Shown here piece by piece: positions 19,040 through 27,737 of a stretch of DNA of 64,000 nucleotides. Position 1 is the first letter of the stretch; each line of letters begins with the position of its first letter. Both the position numbers and the translations under genes were made by a program. The stretch spans positions 35,486 to 99,485 of the forward strand of contig JABIFP010000005.1 of assembly GCA_018650645.1 (NCBI GenBank), given 5' to 3'. Source of the stretch: Candidatus Magasanikiibacteriota bacterium (GTDB lineage Bacteria > Patescibacteriota > Patescibacteriia > Magasanikbacterales > UBA922). The notes under the pieces were generated by a model. It did not search any database. It was not told the origin of the DNA and saw only the letters and a list, made by a program, of their open reading frames with translations.

Positions 19040-19099
19040 AGAGCTATTACTACAGGTGTGCACGGAATGCACAGTTGTAGGAACACCTGAAAGCCCGAA

Positions 19100-19120
19100 G
19101 GGGCAGGAAGTTCCTGCCCC
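19100..19120 (-). promoter_or_regulatory. Stable GC hairpin GGGGCAGGA-agt-TCCTGCCCC inside the pilin array (between paralogs 9 and 8)
   Basis: Perfect 9-bp stem; the only long intergenic gap (95 bp) in an otherwise tightly packed array; no strong T tract follows on the transcribed strand. Confidence 0.45.
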
Positions 19121-19134
19121 GCGAACGAGTTTCA

Positions 19135-19578
19135 CTATGCTGGATCAAATCCTGCAGTATTGGTTGCAGACCCGAGTGCGTTGATAACGAATCGAGTAAT
19201 AGCCCAAGCTGAAAGAATAATCGCAAGCCCGACAATACCAGAGAAGATAAGCTTTCGCGCTTCTCCAACTTTGTCTTCAGATCCACCAGATGTCATCCAC
19301 TTGAAGCCACCGATAAGAACGACGACTACAGCTACGATACCGAGGAGTGAGAGTGATACGTTGATAATTTTTGAAGCCGTAGTACGGAGATCTTGTTTAC
19401 CAAGAGCAATTCCGTCAGCATCATTATCGATTGGTTCAAGCCCCAAGGGGTCCTCAGGATTAAACTCACCTGGTTGTAACGCTTGTGACATAGATGGAAC
19501 CATGAGTGCCACCATTGCAAAAGCTGCAACAATAGCGATAATTCCACGATGGTGTGAGAGTTTAGCTAGTAAGTACAT
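19135..19578 (-). CDS. TrbC/VirB2-like pilin-fold protein, paralog 9
   Basis: IINVSLSLLGIVAVVVVLIGGFKWMTSGGSEDKVGEARKLIFSGIVGLAIILSAWAITRFV; ATG at 19576-19578. Confidence 0.7.
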   Translation of the reverse strand: MYLLAKLSHHRGIIAIVAAFAMVALMVPSMSQALQPGEFNPEDPLGLEPIDNDADGIALGKQDLRTTASKIINVSLSLLGIVAVVVVLIGGFKWMTSGGSEDKVGEARKLIFSGIVGLAIILSAWAITRFVINALGSATNTAGFDPA

Positions 19579-19706
19579 ATGTCTCACCCCCTTTCCGCAT
19601 GAAGATGTTCGACATAACCGGTCATATCGACCAGACCAAAGCGCAATATTTGTGCGTTGGGCCGGGCGATACGCTGCTAAGTGGAACAGTTTATTGAATA
19701 ATAAAC

Positions 19707-20123
19707 TTACTTGCCAGTAAGTCCTTTAATAACCAAGCTAAGTATAGCATAGGCCCCAAAAACGATAAAGAGCCCAAGCGCTGAGTAGATCATTGCATGC
19801 CATCCTTTTTTTACTTGCTCTGCAGAACCGGCTGATGTGAGCCACATAAAGCCTCCATAAATGAAGACAAGCAGAGTAAGCGACCCAACAAGTCCGAGTG
19901 CGCTTTTGATAACGCGTGCTGCTAGTTCGTTAATTGGAGCTGTGACATCTTTATCTTTTACTGCCTCTCTACTTATTCCGCGGGGGTTGTCTTTTGTTCC
20001 GCCAATTGGGTTGACGAGTTCCCCTCCAGACACTGTTCCACCTGCTGCGAATAATTGCAGCGGTAAAAACAGGCTTATCATAAGTGGTAGTGCCAGAAGC
20101 ATTGTACGTGATCTTTTTTTCAT
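19707..20123 (-). CDS. TrbC/VirB2-like pilin-fold protein, paralog 10
   Basis: VIKSALGLVGSLTLLVFIYGGFMWLTSAGSAEQVKKGWHAMIYSALGLFIVFGAYAILSLV. Confidence 0.7.
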   Translation of the reverse strand: MKKRSRTMLLALPLMISLFLPLQLFAAGGTVSGGELVNPIGGTKDNPRGISREAVKDKDVTAPINELAARVIKSALGLVGSLTLLVFIYGGFMWLTSAGSAEQVKKGWHAMIYSALGLFIVFGAYAILSLVIKGLTGK

Positions 20124-20124
20124 A

Positions 20125-21195
20125 TTACACGAACCAAGAAGTTAGCGCGTCAGTTACTTTTCTAAAGTCGAATTCTTTACTCACGCCAAGCGTATCAAGA
20201 ATAAATCCTACCAGCATATATGCGCTGAAAGAGATGGCAATACCAATCACTGCGGCTCCTAATATACTTTTTCCTTTCTTTACTTTGTCAGGGGAACCGA
20301 ATGATAAAATGATAGTAACACCACCGTAGATAAAGAAGGCAAGTGCTATGGTTCCGATAACGCCAAAGAGGATACGTGCAGCATTGATTAGGAGTTGTAC
20401 TAAATCATTTACATTTCTGCAGCCGCTATAACTAAATGCGCAATCGGGGATTGGTCCATCATAATTTGTTGGTGCACCGCGGACAGGTTTTCCGCCAACG
20501 TCGCCCCGGCATTCTGGGCAGGTTTGTACGCAGGCTTGGTGATTTTTTTGGAGGCACTCCTGTCTTGAAACAGTATTGAGAGGGGCATCTTCTCCTGATC
20601 CCAGGGGTGCCCCGATTTCGGGGCATTCAGGAACAAGCGAGCTATCAGACTGTGCCGTCATAAATACTTCACAATCGTCTTTAGTTTTAAAATTATCTTC
20701 AGGTTTTGCAACACGGCCAGCTAAACAGTCAGCAAATTTTGTTTTGCATGCATCGTTGTAGCCATCTGGAAGTGTACCGCCACGTAGGGAACAGTTTTGT
20801 GTTTCTAATTCTGCTCTACAGTGGAGTGCCTTTATGGGTGCAGATTGAAAGACTCTTCCACTTACAATCGGACTAATTCGTGCAGGAGTATAGTTTCCTG
20901 CTGGTCTAGCTTGTGTGCGGGTAAAGCCGGCACCACAGTCCTGAATTTTACAATTATTGTATCGAGGTAGTGTACAGATTTGTGCGCAGGCTGGTTGGTG
21001 ACGGCCTTCAGTGGTGTCAAACTGAATACAAATATTTCTTTTTTCGTCGAGGTCTTCAAAGACACAGGATTCTGTGTATCTATCGTCATCTACATCACCT
21101 GGATCATATCCATAGTCTGCATTTGCTGCAGCGGGAAAGATACATAATAATGAAAAAAGAGATAGGTAAAGGAATTGTTTCAGTATGTATCGCAT
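20125..21195 (-). CDS. Secreted protein: ~250-aa N-terminal Cys-rich domain (~24 Cys) fused to a C-terminal TrbC/VirB2-like two-TM module (paralog 11)
   Basis: Signal peptide MRYILKQFLYLSLFSLLCIFPAAANA; C-terminus ...LINAARILFGVIGTIALAFFIYGGVTIILSFGSPDKVKKGKSILGAAVIGIAISFSAYMLVGFI. Confidence 0.7.
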   Translation of the reverse strand: MRYILKQFLYLSLFSLLCIFPAAANADYGYDPGDVDDDRYTESCVFEDLDEKRNICIQFDTTEGRHQPACAQICTLPRYNNCKIQDCGAGFTRTQARPAGNYTPARISPIVSGRVFQSAPIKALHCRAELETQNCSLRGGTLPDGYNDACKTKFADCLAGRVAKPEDNFKTKDDCEVFMTAQSDSSLVPECPEIGAPLGSGEDAPLNTVSRQECLQKNHQACVQTCPECRGDVGGKPVRGAPTNYDGPIPDCAFSYSGCRNVNDLVQLLINAARILFGVIGTIALAFFIYGGVTIILSFGSPDKVKKGKSILGAAVIGIAISFSAYMLVGFILDTLGVSKEFDFRKVTDALTSWFV

Positions 21196-21196
21196 A

Positions 21197-22558
21197 TTAC
21201 ATCGTTTGCTGCATGCGTCTTGCAGCTTGATTTAATAAGCTCGCATCTCTATCTTCCTGATCAACATCATCTGGCACAGGAAGAAGATGCGCTTCAATCA
21301 GTGCTTCAAAAATATTTTCTGCAACGTCAGCGTTACTTCCTTGGTACCAGTTTCTTGCAGTAAGTAAGTTTACAACAAAGGGTTCAAGTAGTGGGTCTTC
21401 TAAACTTTCAGCAATATGTAATCTATATGGAGAAGGTTGGCGTGTTGCTGCAGTATATGTTTTTACATTTTCTTGTGATCCAATAAATCTAAGGAAGTCC
21501 CAGGCATAATCAGGCTCAGTTGTTTTTTTCACAACAGTTTCTACCCAATAGTTTGCGATATTTGTGGGGTTAGCAGGATCAAGTTGTGGAAGTGCAACAA
21601 CATCTAAATTTAATTGTGGATTTGCTGCGCGGATTCGTCCAGCATCAAAGGCGTATCCAATATAGAACACACTTCGGCCTCGTACAAATGCATCAAATGC
21701 ATTTTCTTGACGGTTGTTCCAGGTGTATGTGTCTCTGTCTTGCTGCGCAAAGTCGGTATAAAAACGAAGTACTTCTAATGCTGGCGCTTCTTCTGAACGT
21801 GTTCCACCTGTGGCAAAGCTGACAATACCATTTTCTGCTACACGCAATTTGCGTTGCATCATAAGTGTTGCCAAAATGTCTGGGGCATTATCTATATTAG
21901 TTGCTGTTCCCATTGCTACTCCAGATTGCACTATATCGTCTTGAGAATTAAATCGAGTTGATTTTTTCACAGCGTCTACAAATTCGTCCCATGTTGCTGG
22001 GGGAGTCGCAACACCCGCTCTGTCGAGCAAATCTTTATTATAATAAAGTGCTAAAGAATCCATGGCTAAAGGAAGACCATAAATTGCACCATTTCTGACA
22101 ACATCTGCGCCTACTGCGCTTACATAGTTTTGCCGAATGTTTGAAGCACTTGGCATGGCATTAATCTCTGGTTCTACCACAGTTTCTTTTACGTATTGTC
22201 CTTTTACATATACGTTAGAAACGCGAGTTGCTCTGGGCATTTCGAGTAGCCGTGGTTGATATTTACTGATATCTTTTGCATGTACAGAAATAATATCTGG
22301 TGCAACATCATCCGCGAGCGCATTTACAAACTTGTCTTCAAATTCTTCAAATCGCACTTGTCTAATATTTATTTGTACCTGCGGCTTTCTAGCTGAATAA
22401 GCAGAAGCGAATTGTCTGAGCTGCGATACGTTTCCAAAAACAGTCCAATAATCAAGCGTAACGCGCTGTGTGCGTTGCACTTCGGCAGCTGTTGGTCCTT
22501 TACATCCAAATCCAAAGAGAAGGAGGAGTGATAGGGTAAAAACTAAATAGCGTTTCAT
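21197..22558 (-). CDS. ABC transporter extracellular solute-binding lipoprotein (family 1, sugar-type)
   Basis: Lipobox LLLLFGFGCKG and the overall SBP_bac_1-like architecture; start placed at MKRYLV (ATG at 22556-22558). Confidence 0.7.
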   Translation of the reverse strand: MKRYLVFTLSLLLLFGFGCKGPTAAEVQRTQRVTLDYWTVFGNVSQLRQFASAYSARKPQVQINIRQVRFEEFEDKFVNALADDVAPDIISVHAKDISKYQPRLLEMPRATRVSNVYVKGQYVKETVVEPEINAMPSASNIRQNYVSAVGADVVRNGAIYGLPLAMDSLALYYNKDLLDRAGVATPPATWDEFVDAVKKSTRFNSQDDIVQSGVAMGTATNIDNAPDILATLMMQRKLRVAENGIVSFATGGTRSEEAPALEVLRFYTDFAQQDRDTYTWNNRQENAFDAFVRGRSVFYIGYAFDAGRIRAANPQLNLDVVALPQLDPANPTNIANYWVETVVKKTTEPDYAWDFLRFIGSQENVKTYTAATRQPSPYRLHIAESLEDPLLEPFVVNLLTARNWYQGSNADVAENIFEALIEAHLLPVPDDVDQEDRDASLLNQAARRMQQTM

Positions 22559-22571
22559 AGGGTACGGGCTA

Positions 22572-23354
22572 TTAAGTAAACGCATTTTCAATAATGAATT
22601 GAACAATCGCGTAAGAGCCTAGAACGATTAAGATACCAAGAGCTCCCCAATATAAAATTTCTTTTGCTTCGTTTTCTCTTTGTGCATTCCCTGTTGCTAC
22701 CATCCAGAGAATTCCTGCGTATACCATGACTACCAGCGCAATTGTTCCAATGATACCCATGGCTGTTTTAATTACACGACCGATGAGTTTTTGTGGAGAG
22801 GTGCCTGGAAGTTGGTCGAGGGCTTTTAAAGACGCTCCAAGGTTTCCGTCTGATGTTGCGAAGAGAGACTTGTCGCCGTCAGCAGACGTACCATACCACT
22901 GACAATTTGTGTAAATTGATCGATTGAGTGTTCCTTTTTCTTCTGGCTTTATGCTTTGGCCTGATTCGGCATTATCAAGCTGATTCCCCACGCTATCATC
23001 GCTACAGTTTGATTGGTTTAAGGAAGGCACCAGCTTAGGTTCGTTGGCACTTGTGCGTTCTTCGTTAGTTACTGTGCAATAACATCCTTCTTTTTTATCA
23101 GCACAGGCTTTATATTCATTTCCTTTCTTATAATTTTGTAGGCAAGTAAGGACTTTATCAATGGTAATATTTGTTGTTGCATTACACTGAGAAATTCCAG
23201 CTTGTAAACACTGTTTTTCTCTAGAAGACAGTCCTCCTAAATCTAATTTTCCAGAGCTGATACTTTGCGCCATCACATCAACCGGAAACAGCAAAGCAAC
23301 ACAAAAAAACATGATTGCTATAAAAAATGTATGTGACAAGCGTTTCAAAAACAT
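22572..23354 (-). CDS. Secreted protein: N-terminal Cys-rich domain fused to a C-terminal TrbC/VirB2-like two-TM module (paralog 12)
   Basis: Signal peptide; ~13 Cys in the N-terminal half; C-terminus VIKTAMGIIGTIALVVMVYAGILWMVATGNAQRENEAKEILYWGALGILIVLGSYAIVQFI. Confidence 0.7.
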   Translation of the reverse strand: MFLKRLSHTFFIAIMFFCVALLFPVDVMAQSISSGKLDLGGLSSREKQCLQAGISQCNATTNITIDKVLTCLQNYKKGNEYKACADKKEGCYCTVTNEERTSANEPKLVPSLNQSNCSDDSVGNQLDNAESGQSIKPEEKGTLNRSIYTNCQWYGTSADGDKSLFATSDGNLGASLKALDQLPGTSPQKLIGRVIKTAMGIIGTIALVVMVYAGILWMVATGNAQRENEAKEILYWGALGILIVLGSYAIVQFIIENAFT

Positions 23355-23355
23355 A

Positions 23356-24225
23356 CTAACAGTGAGAAGAAATAATTTCTTTTAGTGCCGGGTCTTTTTG
23401 TGCAAAGTGAAGCGTTGCTGTGAGAAGTGCTCCTTTGTTTCCTGTGTCGAAGTACTGTCCATCATATTCATACGCAAGGAATTTTTTCTTGCGGGCCATT
23501 TCGTTTGCTGCATCCGCTACCCAAATCTCTCCATCTTTTCCGTTTCCTTGTTTTTCTAGCATCTTCCAGATGTCTTTGGTAAAGATGTAGCGCATGCCCC
23601 CAATAATAAGGCCGTGCGGAGAGGTATTTTTTTCTGCAGGTTTTTCTACAAATTTTTGTACTTTATACAATCTACTTTCTTTTTCCTGTTTAGCAAATAC
23701 GTTTCCGTATTTGGTCATTGCCGCGCGGTCCTCTATTCGTTGCACACCAATAACCGGCGCTTGATGCCTGTTATACACTTTCATGAGCTGCTTAATAACA
23801 GGTGTTTTAGCATCAATAATACTGTCTCCGTCAGAGAATGCGAACGGCTCATCGCCTACAAAATGGCGGGCACACAGAAGTGCATGTCCATTTCCAAGTG
23901 GTGCCGATTGGCGTGTGTAAAAAAATTGCACTTTACTTGTAAGATCGATAAGTGGCTGGAGTCGGTCTAGTTTTCCTTTGCTCTTTAAAAACGCTTCAAA
24001 ATCTTTGTTTCTGTCAAAGTGATCTTCAATAGCGCGTTTTTGAGAACTTGTGACAAAGATAATTTGCTCAATACCACTTTCTACCATTTCTTCAACAATA
24101 TATTGTAATACTGGCTTATCCAAAACGGGAAGCATTTCTTTTGGCATTGCCTTCGTTGCTGGCAGGAATCGTGTTCCAAGTCCTGCTACAACAATAACTC
24201 CTTTTCTTACTTTCTCTTTTGGCAT
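23356..24225 (-). CDS. galU: UTP--glucose-1-phosphate uridylyltransferase
   Basis: VIVVAGLGTRFLPATKAMPKEMLPV nucleotidyltransferase motif typical of GalU. Confidence 0.85.
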   Translation of the reverse strand: MPKEKVRKGVIVVAGLGTRFLPATKAMPKEMLPVLDKPVLQYIVEEMVESGIEQIIFVTSSQKRAIEDHFDRNKDFEAFLKSKGKLDRLQPLIDLTSKVQFFYTRQSAPLGNGHALLCARHFVGDEPFAFSDGDSIIDAKTPVIKQLMKVYNRHQAPVIGVQRIEDRAAMTKYGNVFAKQEKESRLYKVQKFVEKPAEKNTSPHGLIIGGMRYIFTKDIWKMLEKQGNGKDGEIWVADAANEMARKKKFLAYEYDGQYFDTGNKGALLTATLHFAQKDPALKEIISSHC

Positions 24226-24321
24226 ATAAAAAAGTGCTGTTTTATGCGAAATTTTCGCAGATAAGATACTGCGCGTAGTATAACAAAAAAGTTGCGTGGT
24301 GCATACTCCTTATATACGTCA

Positions 24322-24356
24322 AAATAAAAAATGAGCCAGTAGCTCATTTTTTATTG
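24322..24356. terminator. Bidirectional rho-independent terminator (AATGAGC-cagta-GCTCATT) downstream of rpsR
   Basis: Hairpin flanked by an A tract and a T tract; lies after the rpsF-ssb-rpsR operon on the minus strand. Confidence 0.7.
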
Positions 24357-24370
24357 TTTGAAAATGTCTT

Positions 24371-24589
24371 TTATTTAGGCACAAATGCGATAAGTCCTGC
24401 AATGCGCGCCTGTTTGATTGCTCGTGCTACTCTTCGTTGGTGAAGTGCGCAGAGACCATTTCTTTTTCTTGGTGTGATCTTCATGTATGAAGAAACATAC
24501 CGTCTAAGAAGTGATACTTCTTTATAATCAACAGTAAGAACGTTGTTATGGCAGAAGTGGCAATATTTACTTGTTATGTTTTTTTTCAT
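24371..24589 (-). CDS. rpsR: 30S ribosomal protein S18
   Basis: KYCHFC...LLRRYVS...GLCALHQRRVARAIKQARIAGL is the S18 signature. Confidence 0.9.
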   Translation of the reverse strand: MKKNITSKYCHFCHNNVLTVDYKEVSLLRRYVSSYMKITPRKRNGLCALHQRRVARAIKQARIAGLIAFVPK

Positions 24590-24602
24590 AAATTCGGTTT
24601 AT

Positions 24603-25076
24603 CTAAAATGGGATATCCTCAACCTTGATTTCAGCATCTTCTGGTGCAGCTGCTGGAGTGCTTGGAGGAGTATATGTTTGAGAGTTGTTATTGCTATTAT
24701 TGTTGTTGTATTGCTTTGGCGCACCACCTTGGGCACCGCCTTCTCCTCTTGGCCCATCGAGCATAATGAGGTTTTCTGCAATAATTTCTGTTCTGTATTT
24801 CTTTACTCCATCTTGTCCAGTCCAATCGCGAGTTTCGATTCTTCCTTCCAAGTATACTCGGCGTCCCTTTGATAGATATTGTGCTGCAATATCAGCAAGT
24901 TTTCCCCAAAGTACCACATTGTGAAACTCCGTTCGTTCTTGTTTTACGCCTTGTTGATCATTCCAGACTCTTCCTGTCGCGATAGAGATTGACGTTACGT
25001 TTCTTCCATTTGACGTTGTACGCACTTCAGGATCACGAGTGAGTCTTCCAAGGAGGCTTGCTCTATTAAGGTCCAT
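24603..25076 (-). CDS. ssb: Single-stranded DNA-binding protein
   Basis: OB-fold N-terminus (LLGRLTRDPEVRTT...NGR), Gly/Asn-rich linker, C-terminal acidic tip DIPF. Confidence 0.9.
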   Translation of the reverse strand: MDLNRASLLGRLTRDPEVRTTSNGRNVTSISIATGRVWNDQQGVKQERTEFHNVVLWGKLADIAAQYLSKGRRVYLEGRIETRDWTGQDGVKKYRTEIIAENLIMLDGPRGEGGAQGGAPKQYNNNNSNNNSQTYTPPSTPAAAPEDAEIKVEDIPF

Positions 25077-25108
25077 ACTAAGTATGTTAATGAATACCGC
25101 CGATCAAT

Positions 25109-25645
25109 TTATACGTCTGAAATGCTTTTTTCAAGAATTTCATCAAGTTTTTCATCGATCTTCTCCAATGGTACACTATTTTTCTCTGCTTCGTCACTTT
25201 TTTCTTCAGTTTTCTCTTCTTTTTCTTCAGTTTCTTTCTTTTCTGCAGCTTTTGGAGCTTCTTTTTTCACTTCAGGTCGATCTTTTTTGACCTTGTGTGC
25301 TCCTCGAATGATTTCATTCACAGTTTCTTGAGAAGCTGGAATTTCTTTGGCTGTTTTTGGATCAATAACTTGCAAAACATGTCGGAGAAGTTCTCCATTT
25401 AGTCGAAGTTTTTGACTCAAAGCTGCCATATGTTCAGGTTCAAGCTCGAATCGGATGATAAAGAAATATCCGTATCGGATGTGCTTGATTGGGTAAGCCA
25501 ATCGGCTTTTTCCCATGTCGTGAAGAGAAATTTCTGTTGCGCCTGCGGCTGCAACCGTTTCTTTCACTGCTTCAGCCTGAGCTGAAACTTCTGTTTCTGC
25601 AACCGTTCCTGGGAAGATGCAGAGCATTTCGTAGTTAGTCGCCAT
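25109..25645 (-). CDS. rpsF: 30S ribosomal protein S6 with a long Lys/Glu-rich C-terminal extension
   Basis: YEMLCIFPG...LAYPIKHIRYGYFFIIRFE S6 core; first gene of the conserved rpsF-ssb-rpsR arrangement. Confidence 0.85.
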   Translation of the reverse strand: MATNYEMLCIFPGTVAETEVSAQAEAVKETVAAAGATEISLHDMGKSRLAYPIKHIRYGYFFIIRFELEPEHMAALSQKLRLNGELLRHVLQVIDPKTAKEIPASQETVNEIIRGAHKVKKDRPEVKKEAPKAAEKKETEEKEEKTEEKSDEAEKNSVPLEKIDEKLDEILEKSISDV

Positions 25646-25800
25646 AGCTAGATAAAAATGTACTAAAATTACGCGCGTACTATAACAAAATGGGGTTATC
25701 GTGTCAAGGGAAATACTGTTATTTGTTGCTCAGCAAACCTATCCGCAGAATTGTGTGGTCTGCGCTGAGTGAGTGTGATATACTTGTTGTAGAGAAAAAT

Positions 25801-26895
25801 ATGTATAAAACGGCTCAAAAAGTCTTATTTTTAGCACTATTGTGCTCGTTTTTGGGTATGAGTGTGTATTCTGTGCAGGCTGTTATGGAAGGGGGCGATT
25901 ATGAAATTTATGCGGACACCTTTTCTTCTATAGATGGCTCAGCTGTTGCTGGTGGAGGGTATCAAATATATCAAACAAGTGGTGAAGGGTACGCAGATAA
26001 TTATACGCAGGCAGTTACGGGGCAAATTACAGCATCGGGAACTCTGTTTGGCATCGATGAAGTAGTATATATAAGTGATGGCAGTACCACTACTCGATTC
26101 TTATATATAAATTTGGGCGGTGGAAACAGTGGATATTGCTATAACACAACTACCTTTAATCAATCTGGGCAGCCTTGCGTGAATAATCTTGTATTGATTG
26201 ATATTGGTGGCGGGTGTGATTTTGACCCGGTGTGTCTGGCAAATGCAACATATGATGCTATGGTAAGTTCTTCAGAGAAATTTCTAATGTCTGTTTCAAC
26301 CAGTACAAATGCCACAGTAAATTTGACCAATGCAAACCCTGATGCTACAGGGAATGTGGCAATTACAGATGAAGTGGCTGATGCAAACTACATAGTAAGT
26401 GGAATGACCATTAGCGGGGATAGTTATATATTAAAAGCAGGTTTTCAGGCGATGGAAAAGGGTTCGGTTACGATGACGCTAAGCACAAGCTCTCTTTCGT
26501 TTGGAACGCTGAGTGAGAGTACACTTACAACAAGCTCTATTATTGCTACAGTAACTTCAGATACCACTACAGGGTACGGAGTGACCGTTTCGGAAGATAC
26601 AAATTTATGTATTGGTGGAGTTAACTGTACGTTGGACGCGAATAATATTGATGACATTGTTGTAGCTCCAGTAGCGGCAGGTTCTGAAGGCTATGGTATG
26701 AAAACTTCAGGTGGTGCAGGACTTCTTGCGGCTGATACAGCGATTACAAGCGATGGAGTAGCTACAATAAACTCTGGAACAGATGTTACATCGCAGCAAA
26801 CGACCATACTTTTTAGTGTAGCAATCGATGCGGCTCAAACAATAGCCGGAGCATATTCACATACGGTGACAGTCACTGCAACAGCTAATCCATAG
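25801..26895 (+). CDS. Secreted Thr/Ser-rich cell-surface protein with a WxL-domain-like C-terminus
   Basis: Signal peptide (start at internal MYKTAQK); C-terminal ...AGAYSHTVTVTATANP resembles the WxL C-terminal motif (G.Y.G.LTWTL.DAP) of Firmicutes surface proteins. Confidence 0.45.
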   Translation: MYKTAQKVLFLALLCSFLGMSVYSVQAVMEGGDYEIYADTFSSIDGSAVAGGGYQIYQTSGEGYADNYTQAVTGQITASGTLFGIDEVVYISDGSTTTRFLYINLGGGNSGYCYNTTTFNQSGQPCVNNLVLIDIGGGCDFDPVCLANATYDAMVSSSEKFLMSVSTSTNATVNLTNANPDATGNVAITDEVADANYIVSGMTISGDSYILKAGFQAMEKGSVTMTLSTSSLSFGTLSESTLTTSSIIATVTSDTTTGYGVTVSEDTNLCIGGVNCTLDANNIDDIVVAPVAAGSEGYGMKTSGGAGLLAADTAITSDGVATINSGTDVTSQQTTILFSVAIDAAQTIAGAYSHTVTVTATANP

Positions 26896-26896
26896 T

Positions 26897-27736
26897 ATGT
26901 ATATTCGGCTCATGAGTTTACTTGCGCTTGCGCTCTTATTGCCGAGTAGCGTACTTGCGCTTACCGTTTCTCCGCCGCGCCAAACGGTGACGGTGGCTCC
27001 TGGGGAAACAGCAGAACTACCACTCTATGTAATAAATGAGGAGCGTGTTCCCGTTGTTATCAAAGGAGAAGTCGATGCATTTAGAATTGATCAGGAATCT
27101 GGAACGGCAATGTTTGGTCAGCCAGATAGGGCCAAAACATGGATTATTCCAAGGGAAAAAAAAGTTGTATTGCAACCAGGAGAGTCTGCAAGTCTAACAT
27201 TTGATGTGCGTATTCCAGAGGGCGCGTTGCCTGGGGCACATTATATGGGAGTGTTTGCAAGCGCAGCTGCGGGAGAGGGAAATGTGGGTGCAAAAGCTCG
27301 GATTGGATCGCTTGTATTTTTACATGTTGCGGGGGAAGTCCATGAAGAAGCGCGTATTGTTGATGTGTCTACAAAACAGTTTATTGTAAAAGAGAATACC
27401 GCAGAAGTATATATACGAGTAGAAAATTTGGGAGATATTCATATTATTCCAGAAGGAACCGTAACGCTTATTGGAGAAGAAACGCAGACACCGATTAATG
27501 TTTCGCAAGAAAAAGTGTTGGCAGATCACGCGCATACAATGGCGGTACCTGTGCCACTCGAGTTGCGGCATATCGGAAAACAAAAAGCGCGAGTTGCAGT
27601 AACGTATGGCGTAACGCAGCAACAATTATTTGAAGAAGTGACCTTTTATTATGTGCCGTTATGGCTGCGTTTTGCAGCAGGTGGAATATTTCTTCTATTA
27701 GTAATTGGAGCAAGTATATTTTTTACAAGAAAGTAG
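26897..27736 (+). CDS. Secreted protein with a C-terminal TM anchor, DUF916/DUF3324-like (WxL-locus partner type)
   Basis: Signal peptide, beta-rich ectodomain, single C-terminal TM helix (LWLRFAAGGIFLLLVIGASIFFTRK); lies adjacent to the WxL-like gene. Confidence 0.4.
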   Translation: MYIRLMSLLALALLLPSSVLALTVSPPRQTVTVAPGETAELPLYVINEERVPVVIKGEVDAFRIDQESGTAMFGQPDRAKTWIIPREKKVVLQPGESASLTFDVRIPEGALPGAHYMGVFASAAAGEGNVGAKARIGSLVFLHVAGEVHEEARIVDVSTKQFIVKENTAEVYIRVENLGDIHIIPEGTVTLIGEETQTPINVSQEKVLADHAHTMAVPVPLELRHIGKQKARVAVTYGVTQQQLFEEVTFYYVPLWLRFAAGGIFLLLVIGASIFFTRK

Positions 27737-27737
27737 T

